From a virus (Duplodnaviria > Caudoviricetes): a stretch of 64,000 nt of DNA. The stretch is taken from IMG/VR virus record IMGVR_UViG_3300035208_008180; one strand, 5' to 3'. Both the position numbers and the translations under genes were made by a program. The notes beneath the pieces were generated by a model that ran no database searches, was not told the DNA's origin, and worked only from the letters and a program-made list of their open reading frames with translations. Position 1 is the first letter of the stretch; every line of letters begins with the position of its first letter. Below, piece by piece: positions 29,275 to 39,383 of this stretch.

Positions 29275-30089
29275 GTATAAACAGCCGTTTGTCGCACTAA
29301 TGGCGACATTGATCTTTTTCTTAGCCTTCGGCTTTTTTCTCTATCCAGTGCTTCTGCTTTGACCATCTGTGGGCTTGATGGCATTGGTTCTGGTTCTGGC
29401 TCGTCGTCATCATCGCCCCTTGGTTGATAAAAACGATCTATTGATTCTTTTACGAATTTAGCTATTTCATAGGGCGTGTTGAGACGAGTATCCGACCAAC
29501 CTTGTCCTTGCTCATCTGGACCGTCTGTGAATTCGCCTATACGCTCCATGTCATGACGAGGATCACCGGGGCTACTTACCGCAATGGGAAAGCCTTTGAT
29601 CTCAGCAGATGTTTTATAATCCATTTCAGGTGCAGGCATCATACCAGGACGCCAACCTTCGAGGAATCCCATAAAGCGAACTAAAGGATGTCCTTTTTTG
29701 GGGTCAAATTCAGTTACTTTTTCAAATGATATACTACGCTCATATTCTAGCTCTTTTTGATGTCTTTCCCAACTATTTGATGGACCCCAATATTTCGGAC
29801 CACCAAAATATCCTTCAGGTGCCTCTGGTGGTTTTCCTGCCCATTCTGTCTTTTTAAAGCATTGAACGAAGAATTTGAGGTAATACTTATCCCCCTCCAT
29901 ACGAACATTACGCCCGGTCATTTCGCAAACGAGCCGCCATTGATAACGCAATGCAGGGACTTCGCTACGACCGGACGATCCCATTTTCCAAGCCCAGTCA
30001 CCACCCACTAGGTGTTGGACAGACAGCAAGACGTAGTTTGGAATTTCCACCACTTTTGCTTCATTAATCATCCATTCCTTGAAATTCAT
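29271..30089 (-). CDS. hypothetical, putative internal head protein (MNFKEWMINE)
   Basis: 272 aa ORF. Confidence 0.65.
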   Translation of the reverse strand: MNFKEWMINEAKVVEIPNYVLLSVQHLVGGDWAWKMGSSGRSEVPALRYQWRLVCEMTGRNVRMEGDKYYLKFFVQCFKKTEWAGKPPEAPEGYFGGPKYWGPSNSWERHQKELEYERSISFEKVTEFDPKKGHPLVRFMGFLEGWRPGMMPAPEMDYKTSAEIKGFPIAVSSPGDPRHDMERIGEFTDGPDEQGQGWSDTRLNTPYEIAKFVKESIDRFYQPRGDDDDEPEPEPMPSSPQMVKAEALDREKSRRLRKRSMSPLVRQTAVYT

Positions 30090-31126
30090 TTTACCCGCTC
30101 CCCAGATTTCAATACCTTGGCTACCAACGCAGAGGGAACTTTGTATTCAAAGGTGGATTTCATTATATTGTATTCATACCATCTCTGAACACTTTCCTCA
30201 GATGTCATATTCTGCCTGCGTGTGACCATTATTGATTTGTTGCTTTTTTCTGCCTGTTCAATTGCTTTCCTGAGGGCTGGGCCATGCACTTTTATCACTT
30301 CTTCCATGCCTTTGAGACTGCCTACCATTACTTCAAATTTAGATGGATAAGCCCATTGCCAAGGATCATCTTTTCTCGGCTTACTGACTTTCACCATATA
30401 AGCAGTGGCTTTTGTGCCCTGAATTTGGACACGATCCCCTGGACGTAAGATAATGCCATTTTCCGTGGTGTAGCCAGGGGACATGCTTGAATCCAGGGTA
30501 TAAACACATTGTTCTGGACGATAGACACAGATTTGATTGCCATCCAACAATGAGCCACGCATGCTTTTGCCCTTAAAATGCACAGCATCAAATTGTGATT
30601 TTAAAGCATTGGTCAAGTCCTCTGTTTCTTGCATCCATCTTTTTTCTAATTCTTCTTGATTCTTAAAGTCTCCTTTGGGCGGCATGTCATATCCATATTG
30701 CCTCCACCATTTCATCATGGTATTATTAGAACCAAAGTTTATTTCTTCAATACGAGGCGGGGTATGATCGGCACCACCGATGTAATAAGCCTTTAAGCCT
30801 TTGCCAGTGCCTACATTGAAGTTCTTGGCTATACCAAGCGATTTAGTGAAGTAAGTGCCCCAGCCAAGAAAATGAATCGGAGGCAATGTATCTCTAGCAC
30901 CAAAATCCCCAGGATTGAATCCGTGTCTAACGTCCCCAGAGCGGGGAGGGGATTTGAAGAATTGAAAACCCTGATGTTGAATCAGTTGTCTTTTTTCATC
31001 TGTAGTGCCATGATAGACTGGCCCAAAGAACTGCAATTTCTCTGCATCTTCTGGGCTTACGTACTTCGGCAACATAAAAGGAAAATATTTTTGAATATCT
31101 TCCAACAACCACAGTCTAAATTCCAT
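30086..31126 (-). CDS. putative ADP-ribosyltransferase-fold protein
   Basis: VYHGT...I...GF, LGWGTYFT....A, FDAV...NQICVY (H-Y-Q/E ART pattern). Confidence 0.65.
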   Translation of the reverse strand: MEFRLWLLEDIQKYFPFMLPKYVSPEDAEKLQFFGPVYHGTTDEKRQLIQHQGFQFFKSPPRSGDVRHGFNPGDFGARDTLPPIHFLGWGTYFTKSLGIAKNFNVGTGKGLKAYYIGGADHTPPRIEEINFGSNNTMMKWWRQYGYDMPPKGDFKNQEELEKRWMQETEDLTNALKSQFDAVHFKGKSMRGSLLDGNQICVYRPEQCVYTLDSSMSPGYTTENGIILRPGDRVQIQGTKATAYMVKVSKPRKDDPWQWAYPSKFEVMVGSLKGMEEVIKVHGPALRKAIEQAEKSNKSIMVTRRQNMTSEESVQRWYEYNIMKSTFEYKVPSALVAKVLKSGERVK

Positions 31127-31134
31127 AAAGATAT

Positions 31135-31893
31135 TTAGGGACTAGTCGGTTGTTTTAAACAAGCCTCTATTAAATATTTGCCAATTTGAAATTGTCGCCT
31201 AGTCACGCAATGCCCAGCATCTTTTTCAATATCTGTGTAGATTTTGTACCCTTTGTTTTTCAGGGCAGTAAACATAGGGATGAAACGTTCTTGCCACTCA
31301 AAAATAAGATCATCCCTACTGTGTGCCAGAAAGAATGGGGTGTCAGGACAATTACATTGCGGCACAGCTTCTGGGTCCAAAATAGCCCCGTTGTGAGAAA
31401 TCACACCAGCAAAGGGAGTTGGGCTCATTACAGCAGTCATAATAGCCATAACTGCCCCTGCTGAGTGCCCTACCAGCACAATTCTATTCCGTGGAATACC
31501 ACGTTTGTTTTCAATGAGTTTCAACACTTCTTCTATCACAGCCATTGCTGGCATTACGCCTTTGACTGCCTCTTCTTGGTCGTTGATGCCATTGGGCATA
31601 GGATACCAAGAACGAATTGTGGGTGTTATTCCAACGATAAAAGATTTTACTCCTTGTCGTTTGTACGCAGAAGCTAATTCCTGCCCATGATTGCCACGCC
31701 CAGGCAAACAAAGCACACAAGAGTCATGATTCCACTTATTGTATTTAATCCAGCGTTTTTCCAAGGTGGGTGGATAAAATTCAGCACGGCTTTGCGGACG
31801 CCACAGATTGTGGAATCCCATGTCATTAGGCATGCTGTCAAATGGCTGCCCTCGTCCCAGCCATTGACTGGCATAATAGTGATATCTTGTCAT
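31135..31893 (-). CDS. alpha/beta hydrolase (phospholipase/carboxylesterase)
   Basis: LPGRG, GHSAG nucleophile elbow, D.IF, GHCV. Confidence 0.85.
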   Translation of the reverse strand: MTRYHYYASQWLGRGQPFDSMPNDMGFHNLWRPQSRAEFYPPTLEKRWIKYNKWNHDSCVLCLPGRGNHGQELASAYKRQGVKSFIVGITPTIRSWYPMPNGINDQEEAVKGVMPAMAVIEEVLKLIENKRGIPRNRIVLVGHSAGAVMAIMTAVMSPTPFAGVISHNGAILDPEAVPQCNCPDTPFFLAHSRDDLIFEWQERFIPMFTALKNKGYKIYTDIEKDAGHCVTRRQFQIGKYLIEACLKQPTSP

Positions 31894-32856
31894 TTACAAA
31901 TTCCATTCTCGGTAGAAGTCAAATTGCGTATCTTCTGTCTGAAGGCGATTAAATAATTGGCGGGGCATTTCTTGTTGAAGCAACTTGAGAAACTTTTTTG
32001 ATTTAGTTTTGTTGGAGGTATTAATTGCTTCCTGCAACTGTTCTACATCATATCCATGACAATGATAACAACTTGCTGGAGTAAAATCCTCTTCAGCCCA
32101 TGCCTTTTCATCATTTAGTCGTTTTTCGTCTACTGTCCAATATTTTAGATGATTGCCATTTTTGACGAAATCTATTGTAAACTCACAAATGTCATATATC
32201 AAGCCCACCAACTTGGGACTCGCCACCCAGAAATTGCCCAAGGATCGATATTCTACTCCGTGGTCTGGCTTTCTAAACCGACCAGCTTTGCCATATAATT
32301 TACGTCGAGCAACAGAAGATTTGTCCGTATCAAGGAAAACTGAAGGCAATCCCAAAAATAAATCTAACATACGCACCACAAAGTAGCAGGACATATCATC
32401 TTGCAAAAACTTATTACCCAAATGCACATGTCCACCCGCTGTTCTTAAACAATTGGAAAGAAACTCATTTTTGGGTGGCTTTACTACTTCAAGTCGATAA
32501 ACACAAACTTCGGGATCACAACCTATTTTCTTCGCCTCAGGATGTTGTAGTTCAGATACTGGATAATTTTGAGAAGCTTTTACCATCAATTTATATGGCG
32601 ATACCAATTTGGCATATTTTTTAAAGCAATCTCTAAAGTTTTTGATAACATCATTTTTATCACTGGCTGGAGAAACAGCACATTCAGCCATTACGTTGTC
32701 ATAAAAATATTGATGTTTCCCAATTTCATGTCGTTTGTACTTATCCCCAGGAACAATACCAATGGCACTAAAAAATTTGCCATCTTTGCAAAGCATAAAC
32801 TCAGGGTCACTTCCAAAAGAAAAATTCATATTTTCCTCTCCATTTTTGTTTGTCAT
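31894..32856 (-). CDS. phiEco32-like COOH-NH2 ligase (type 2)
   Basis: GSDPEFML, DNVMAEC, GCDPE, RTAGGHVHLG, RRKLYGKAG.FR, GVEYRSL.NFW. Confidence 0.85.
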   Translation of the reverse strand: MTNKNGEENMNFSFGSDPEFMLCKDGKFFSAIGIVPGDKYKRHEIGKHQYFYDNVMAECAVSPASDKNDVIKNFRDCFKKYAKLVSPYKLMVKASQNYPVSELQHPEAKKIGCDPEVCVYRLEVVKPPKNEFLSNCLRTAGGHVHLGNKFLQDDMSCYFVVRMLDLFLGLPSVFLDTDKSSVARRKLYGKAGRFRKPDHGVEYRSLGNFWVASPKLVGLIYDICEFTIDFVKNGNHLKYWTVDEKRLNDEKAWAEEDFTPASCYHCHGYDVEQLQEAINTSNKTKSKKFLKLLQQEMPRQLFNRLQTEDTQFDFYREWNL

Positions 32857-33602
32857 TTATGCCAAATTGGCACAAGCGATCTTGTATCACCACTTGAGAA
32901 AGAACAAATACCCAAATTATCGTGCATGTCTTGTATTCTCAATCCTTTAGGATAATTTTTTTTGATATCTTCGGGAAATATTTTTCGGTCACCTTCTGCC
33001 AAAATACGCTTGATTCCTTTAAGACTATTGGTGAGTCGGTCACGATCCTCCGCTTGATAAGGGGTGACTGAACAATTGCAGATGCCATTAATCGTATCCC
33101 AGAAATCTTTGCCCAGCGTATGCGAAAAACCAACTCGAATGAGCATGGTGTAGAGCGAAATCATAGGCGGGCTTCTCATCCAACGTTTGCTGCCCTCTAA
33201 TAACCAAACCCCACCAGCCGCATATTTTATGGGTGGCGAGGCACATTCTCGGACTTTTGTTTTTACAATTTTGAGTTGTGACTCTATTTGATGCAAAAAA
33301 TCTAGGCAGGCAGGAATTTTTTTTCTAAGAATTTTGTCTTGAGAATTTGCTATGATAATTTTAGTTTTGGACAAGCAGATTTCTTGTCCCTTTTGGGAAA
33401 TAAACTGAAAGCCGTAGATTTTTTTCTTTGTTCTGTAAAGCTGATTGTAGATAGCATCCTGCAAATAGTCTTTACACAGCACAAAAGGGCATATTTGGCA
33501 GTAATTTTCGGAAACAAAAGAGAACTCTAGTCCCGACCAAATAGCCTGATTCAAAGAGGCTTTTTTTTGATACCACACTATCCTTTTTTTGTAATTTCTC
33601 AC
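32853..33602 (-). CDS. hypothetical protein coupled to the COOH-NH2 ligase
   Basis: 249 aa ORF; CKDYLQD, HD..GI. Confidence 0.6.
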   Translation of the reverse strand: MRNYKKRIVWYQKKASLNQAIWSGLEFSFVSENYCQICPFVLCKDYLQDAIYNQLYRTKKKIYGFQFISQKGQEICLSKTKIIIANSQDKILRKKIPACLDFLHQIESQLKIVKTKVRECASPPIKYAAGGVWLLEGSKRWMRSPPMISLYTMLIRVGFSHTLGKDFWDTINGICNCSVTPYQAEDRDRLTNSLKGIKRILAEGDRKIFPEDIKKNYPKGLRIQDMHDNLGICSFSSGDTRSLVPIWHK

Positions 33603-33701
33603 AGTTTGGCTCCAAAATTGTAGGATAACAACATCTGAATAATAAACAAAATAGGCACATCTGTCAACACGGAATTCCGAATTGGCGGCGTAAATATCTT
33701 G

Positions 33702-33998
33702 ATGGGTACTTTTAGAGAATTCCTGGGTCGTCCTGTTTTATCAAATGTTGAGATTGCCAACATATATTTTGGCAATCCCAAGACATCTGTGCAAGAGATA
33801 CTAGACCTAACCGGGCTTTCCAAAAGAGAGTTTTACGCAATTGTGCATAACTTTGGTGTACCAAACCGTTTACGCACCAATCACCACAACGTAATCTCCC
33901 TGGCCGATCAGGGCATGCCCCTGGATCAAATTGCCCGAGCTACTAAGTATAGCACACAAAACGTTAAATATATTCTAAGAAAGAATTTACATGATTAG
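33702..33998 (+). CDS. double-HTH protein
   Basis: SVQEILDLTGLSKREFY; PLDQIARATKYSTQNVKYIL. Confidence 0.6.
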   Translation: MGTFREFLGRPVLSNVEIANIYFGNPKTSVQEILDLTGLSKREFYAIVHNFGVPNRLRTNHHNVISLADQGMPLDQIARATKYSTQNVKYILRKNLHD

Positions 33999-34794
33999 TG
34001 GAAACGACATTTCTTTTGCTTTGTCGGGCGGCACCATGAACACCAACCCAACTCAATCTTTGGGGGGGCATCCGTCTGCCTATCCAATAACATCTGGCAT
34101 GAATAATTTGTTTCCTAACTACACCTTAGCCCAGACAAATAGCGGCTACATAGACTATCGATGTATTTATGTGTTTAATAATCATGCTCTCGATTCCATG
34201 TATGGAGTAACAGCCGGAATTGTCGCAGTTAGCGGTGGTGCCGTAGAATATTTTGGCACCCCGATAACCACGGAGCAGCAGCAAATAGTAATCTCGGGAA
34301 ACGTTACCGGAGGCTCATTCACGCTTTCTTATGATGCTTACACCACATCGGCAATTCCTTGGAGTCCTTTTACCAACACTTGGGCCGCCAGCATACAAAG
34401 TGCATTAAACAATTTGCCAGTTTTATCTGGGGTTGTGGTTTCCTATTCTGCGAGCCCTGGATTGACACGATTTATACTTCTTTTCCAAGGATATGGCGAT
34501 CACAAACAACATCCGTTGTTAGTGGCAACTAATAATTTAACGCCTGCTGGCATAACAACGACTGTATCTAAGGTTACAAACGGTGGGCCAATTAATAATA
34601 TTGCTTCAACAATATCCCATGAAACCATAACACCTGCTGGCATTACTTTTGTGGGCACGGGCACTATTTTGGACATAGGGACATTAGGCCCAGGTGAAGG
34701 ATTTCCTGTATGGATCAAAAGACATCTATTAGCGGGGACAGCGGCAAAATATAATGATGGTTTAAATTTACAAGTTACTTGTAGTCCAATTTAG
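33991..34794 (+). CDS. probable virion structural protein
   Basis: SLGG...LF...DYRCIYVFN...PVWIKR with an inserted GGSFTL...IQSALNNL domain. Confidence 0.6.
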   Translation: MISGNDISFALSGGTMNTNPTQSLGGHPSAYPITSGMNNLFPNYTLAQTNSGYIDYRCIYVFNNHALDSMYGVTAGIVAVSGGAVEYFGTPITTEQQQIVISGNVTGGSFTLSYDAYTTSAIPWSPFTNTWAASIQSALNNLPVLSGVVVSYSASPGLTRFILLFQGYGDHKQHPLLVATNNLTPAGITTTVSKVTNGGPINNIASTISHETITPAGITFVGTGTILDIGTLGPGEGFPVWIKRHLLAGTAAKYNDGLNLQVTCSPI

Positions 34795-35756
34795 TGCAAA
34801 TGTTCCAAAAGTTGCTGAGGATCAATTATTCCAAACCCTTGGTAAAAACTTTTATCTTTTAATTGATCTTTGATGGGGGTGGTATGATTCTTAAAAGCCT
34901 TATAATAATCTCTTACTGTTGTTAGCGGAAAGTTTAATTTTTTTTGCTTATGAGCCGATAACAATAGTGCTGCAATACCGGCTACCCACGGAGTGGCCAT
35001 CGAAGTGCCAGAAAGCATAGCGTACCAGTTTTTGGGGACCGTAGAAAGAATTTTTTCGCCTGGGGCCATAAAATCTAAATTCTTACCAGTACAACTAAAT
35101 TGTGATCTGTCAAGGTTTTCATCAATTGATCCAATAGCAATAGTTTCAGGATAAGCGGCAGGATAAAACACATCCGATGTAAATCCAGAATTTCCAGCAG
35201 CCACAAATACTGGAATATTTCTTTTGTGTGCATATTGAATAGCTTTGCGAACTTGCTGAATAGGGTTAGGAGAGCCTAAAGACAAACAAATAATATCTGC
35301 ACCATTATCAACAGCCCACCGAATACCATCGGCTACTATTCCATAACTACCAGAACCATATTTGTCCAACACCTTTATGGGCATTACTTTTGCTTTTTCC
35401 GCCACACCTATTCCACATTGTCCGCAAATAATACCCGCCACATGGGTGCCGTGACCAAGAACGCTATCATCCCAAGGTTCTTTACCAGGACAAATGAAAT
35501 TTTTTCCTGGCACTAAATTGTTTATAAGACATGGATGATCTAATTGACATCCACAATCCACGACAGCGACCACAACTCCTTCGCCTGCACAGTGTTTCCA
35601 TATTTCTGGTAAATTAAAAGCTGAAATTGACCATCCTGACTTTTCTTTTACATCAGCTAAAGTTAAAATTTCTTCCTTAATAATGGGAAATAATTTGAAT
35701 TTATTTTCAAGCTTAGATTTTTTTTCCTCTTTTTTTACCTCTGGGTTTTCTGACAT
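34791..35756 (-). CDS. subtilisin-family (S8) serine protease
   Basis: VVDCG, GHGTHVAGII, AAGNSG, SGTSMATP. Confidence 0.95.
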   Translation of the reverse strand: MSENPEVKKEEKKSKLENKFKLFPIIKEEILTLADVKEKSGWSISAFNLPEIWKHCAGEGVVVAVVDCGCQLDHPCLINNLVPGKNFICPGKEPWDDSVLGHGTHVAGIICGQCGIGVAEKAKVMPIKVLDKYGSGSYGIVADGIRWAVDNGADIICLSLGSPNPIQQVRKAIQYAHKRNIPVFVAAGNSGFTSDVFYPAAYPETIAIGSIDENLDRSQFSCTGKNLDFMAPGEKILSTVPKNWYAMLSGTSMATPWVAGIAALLLSAHKQKKLNFPLTTVRDYYKAFKNHTTPIKDQLKDKSFYQGFGIIDPQQLLEHLH

Positions 35757-36222
35757 TTTTTACTGGCTCCTGTGGTGCTGTATTACTGCTCGATGAACTT
35801 ATGCTGCTGGCAGAACTACTTGGGGCTGACCAAGAGCCATTTCTGTATTTTTCAACAACCCAGTCTATAGCACTTGCTATTACAATATAGATGATAAAGT
35901 TTTCAATTTGAGTTGAGAAAGGCTTTAAAGCAGTGGGTAAAGCATTAGCAACAACGAATTCATAAACTACAACGCAAGCCGCTAATACAATGGCTTTTTT
36001 TTCTGGTCCGCTGGCTATTTCCTTTTCAACAGCTATAATCATTTCATCTAAAGCAGCTAAAATAAATTTTACAACTTTGCGAAGGTCCACTTTTTTCCAA
36101 AATTGCCACCATTTTGGAGGCGGATTTTCTTCAACCCATTTAGCCTGTAAGCTTTTTATTATATTGTTGATAGACTCCACTTGTGGCGGATTCTTTGCGA
36201 CAGGATTTCCGGCTGCTATCAT
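35713..36222 (-). CDS. hypothetical protein, possibly membrane-associated
   Basis: AGGAG RBS; GPEKKAIVL, hydrophobic helices, basic tail. Confidence 0.55.
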   Translation of the reverse strand: MIAAGNPVAKNPPQVESINNIIKSLQAKWVEENPPPKWWQFWKKVDLRKVVKFILAALDEMIIAVEKEIASGPEKKAIVLAACVVVYEFVVANALPTALKPFSTQIENFIIYIVIASAIDWVVEKYRNGSWSAPSSSASSISSSSSNTAPQEPVKNVRKPRGKKRGKKI

Positions 36223-36263
36223 ATATGCTCCTATTCTATTGTATTTACACTTTATATGACAAA

Positions 36264-36755
36264 TTATAATCCAATACCCACAACAGAAAATGACCAATAT
36301 AAATCACGCTCGCTATGCACCACATTTTTGAACCCCAAATCTTTTAGGAGTTTTACCGTAGCGGCGGGAACAAAAGAATGCAAGTGTTTTCTGTTGTTTT
36401 GCGGAAGCCAGTATTCCATATCAGGATGTGGCAAATATAGAAATAATACACCGGAAGGTTGCAAAAATGTTATCCAATATTCTAATGCTTTTACGTAATT
36501 ATCAACATGTTCAAGTGTGTGAGAACTAAAAATATAATCATATTTTCCATCCGGCAAATTGTAGGCATCGTAGCCATCATGATTTAGAATGTTGATAATT
36601 TTAGCACCTGGGAAATGACAATTAATCAGTCCCCCAATATCCAATCCATCCCCACTACAGAATTTTTCAGCAAATGGCAGAATAAAGTTCGCAGCATGTT
36701 CGCTGCGAATGTATTCTGGATAGGTTTCGCCTTTATAGTTCATTAAAATATTCAT
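36264..36755 (-). CDS. class I SAM methyltransferase
   Basis: GLDIGG, DYIFSSHTLEH, L.P.GVLFLYLP. Confidence 0.85.
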   Translation of the reverse strand: MNILMNYKGETYPEYIRSEHAANFILPFAEKFCSGDGLDIGGLINCHFPGAKIINILNHDGYDAYNLPDGKYDYIFSSHTLEHVDNYVKALEYWITFLQPSGVLFLYLPHPDMEYWLPQNNRKHLHSFVPAATVKLLKDLGFKNVVHSERDLYWSFSVVGIGL

Positions 36756-37990
36756 ATGAAATTCCTGCTTACCAAATAATCAAAAAAGCGTTTCATTATC
36801 TTTAGGTGACTGTCTTCATCTATGTCATGTCTATGAATGTTTGGATTTATATCTAGATGTCTGCCAATATTCATGCAGGTGTTTGTTTTAATAAGCCTGA
36901 TATTGTGCTCACTTTTATGTTCATACATGTCGCTGCCTGGAAATGGAATGAATCTGCCCACAACCACATTATCAGGTTTTGTTTCTTCTATAAATCTAAT
37001 GTTTGCATCAACAGTTTCTTCTGAATCGTAAGGCAATCCTATCATAAAGAATTGCCTTATTTTTATTGGATATTTTTTCATAGCAAGCATTGCATTTTTT
37101 GCCTGCTCTACTGTAATGCCCTTGCTCATCTTTGCGAGGACAGAATTATCTGCTGCTTCAATACCAATCCCTATTTCACGGCAACCTGAATCATATAGCC
37201 AAGACATTGTTTCATCATCAATGGCGTCAATTCTGGTAGAGCATCTGTAATAAATGTCCAAATCCTTTAGCAATTCAGCAAGACTTTTTAAGTATTTTCT
37301 ATTAATCGTAAATGTATCATCTTGAACTCTGAATTGATGAATTCCATAGACTTCTTTGATTTGTGTGATTTCTTTTTTAATTGATTCAAGTGATCTGAAG
37401 TTTATTTTTCTGTTATACAATTTAACGCTTGAGCAAAAAGCACAATTAAAAGGACAGCCCCTGCTAAACATTATGGAAGTAGAGCCGCCATCTTTGAATG
37501 ATGTGCCGGAACTAAAAATTGAATCTGTTTTTATATAACTTATTGGCAAAATTTCCCGCAACGGCAGCAATGAGTTTATATCAACATTTTTAGATTGAGT
37601 ATAGAATTTTTTTATTGAATTGTTTTCAAAATCCTTCACATAATCCAGAATGGTGTCTTCGGCTTGTCCAACAAATACAGAATCAAAAACAGGATCAATA
37701 GTGTCTTTGGACAAGGTGGCTGCTGGGCCACCTATGATTATTTGCTTGTTGTGTTTTAATTTGATTTTTTTAGCAATCTCAACACAGCTTAAATAAGTCG
37801 GATGCACTGCTGAGAAGCAAAAAACATCGCTATCTTCTATGTTTTCAGCGTTATCTGCATTAGTGTCAAAAATCTTTGTCTCTATTCCTTGTGATTTCAA
37901 AGCCGCCGCAATATACAATATTCCCAGAGAAAACTGTGCTTTGTAATCGTAGAGCCACGACATGTCTGGAATTACGAATGTAAATTTCAT
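36752..37990 (-). CDS. B12-binding radical SAM protein
   Basis: SLGILYIAA, IIIGGP, SRGCPFNCAFC. Confidence 0.92.
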   Translation of the reverse strand: MKFTFVIPDMSWLYDYKAQFSLGILYIAAALKSQGIETKIFDTNADNAENIEDSDVFCFSAVHPTYLSCVEIAKKIKLKHNKQIIIGGPAATLSKDTIDPVFDSVFVGQAEDTILDYVKDFENNSIKKFYTQSKNVDINSLLPLREILPISYIKTDSIFSSGTSFKDGGSTSIMFSRGCPFNCAFCSSVKLYNRKINFRSLESIKKEITQIKEVYGIHQFRVQDDTFTINRKYLKSLAELLKDLDIYYRCSTRIDAIDDETMSWLYDSGCREIGIGIEAADNSVLAKMSKGITVEQAKNAMLAMKKYPIKIRQFFMIGLPYDSEETVDANIRFIEETKPDNVVVGRFIPFPGSDMYEHKSEHNIRLIKTNTCMNIGRHLDINPNIHRHDIDEDSHLKIMKRFFDYLVSRNFI

Positions 37991-38682
37991 TATTTATCCA
38001 TAAACAAAAATGCGTTACGAAGATTGCGTGCAACAAAATTCATATCAACTTGTTGCATGTTTTCATCCAAAATATAATTATAAATTTTTAAAGTATCCAA
38101 CATTGGTTGTGTGTCTGTTCCGCAAAACCAATAATCATGAAAAGACACATACAGGATTGGTTTAATCTTAGATAAGTATGACGCAAAAGATGGCAATATT
38201 TTAACTTCCCCTCCTTCTATGTCAATTTTGATAAACCCACAATCAATGTCATTCTTTTTTACAAATTCTTCAATGGTAATGCCGGTTACATCGACAAGAT
38301 CACCAGTTTGCACCATTATACTAGACATAGAATCACCAAAACATTCGTGTGTGCCAAGCTTTAATGTTTCATTAGTATCAGATATGGCACAACAATTTGT
38401 TGTAATTGGAAAATTATTTAATGCAACATTTTCAAGTAATTTTTGATAAGCAACCGGATCGGGCTCGATTGCAAAACTTCGCTTTGCGATCTGTGCAGCA
38501 TATAAAATTGTTGGACCAATCCATGCCCCAATATCAATGTAATCTTTGTTTGGATTCACATATCTATTTAATATTTGATAAGTAATCGGCTCCCAGGTGT
38601 TGTTTTCTACTCTATCCCAAAATAAAGGATAGTGAGATGGGGATATAAAAAATTGACGATTAGCAACATTTATTTTTCTCAT
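37990..38682 (-). CDS. FkbM-family methyltransferase
   Basis: IDIGAWIG, AIEPDP, FIKIDIEGGE. Confidence 0.9.
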   Translation of the reverse strand: MRKINVANRQFFISPSHYPLFWDRVENNTWEPITYQILNRYVNPNKDYIDIGAWIGPTILYAAQIAKRSFAIEPDPVAYQKLLENVALNNFPITTNCCAISDTNETLKLGTHECFGDSMSSIMVQTGDLVDVTGITIEEFVKKNDIDCGFIKIDIEGGEVKILPSFASYLSKIKPILYVSFHDYWFCGTDTQPMLDTLKIYNYILDENMQQVDMNFVARNLRNAFLFMDK

Positions 38683-39383
38683 TTTTGAAAATCCTTTGCA
38701 ACGTCGGCCCCTTTATGTCCTAAAGAGCTTTCGCCACCAATATGATCTATGACAGAGGGTTTTGTGACAATTAATGAAATTTTTCTCTCTCTCATTCCAG
38801 CACTTAATTCCCAATCCCACTGATTGCTAGTTAAATAAGGTAAAATAAAAGGGCACAAATTTCTATTAAAAAACAAATTAATTCCACCTATACTATTTTT
38901 TACATAATATTTGTTAAATGTTTCCAATACAAAATGATGTTGATGAGCATTAAATCCAGAAATAATGCTTTCTGGAAATTCTTTTAACAATTGATTTAAA
39001 ATAATGAGCCAATATGGTTTCACAATGGCATCAGAGTCTATATTGCTAATTATGTCAAATCCAGATTCATAAAAATAGGTAAACCCAGTTTTTAATCCAT
39101 AAAACATACCCTTGTTTTTAGGATTGTATGTTTTTATTGTCTTTACTCCTATGTTGCAAGATTTTATTATTTGCTTAGTTTGTGCATTGCTATTGTCATC
39201 AATAATATAAATCTCCGATCCCGCAGGAAAAAAACTGTGCGACAACGAATCAATTGTTCTCTTTAAGTAATCCGGGCGATTATATGTTGTAATTACTAAT
39301 CCTATTTTTTGCAAAATCACCTCATGTATGCGTAATGTGTGGTTTTTCAACAAAATACTCATGATTTGCACAATCTTTTTCAT
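38679..39383 (-). CDS. glycosyltransferase family 2
   Basis: ITTYNRPDYL, IIDDNS, NIDSDA; start uncertain. Confidence 0.85.
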   Translation of the reverse strand: MKKIVQIMSILLKNHTLRIHEVILQKIGLVITTYNRPDYLKRTIDSLSHSFFPAGSEIYIIDDNSNAQTKQIIKSCNIGVKTIKTYNPKNKGMFYGLKTGFTYFYESGFDIISNIDSDAIVKPYWLIILNQLLKEFPESIISGFNAHQHHFVLETFNKYYVKNSIGGINLFFNRNLCPFILPYLTSNQWDWELSAGMRERKISLIVTKPSVIDHIGGESSLGHKGADVAKDFQK

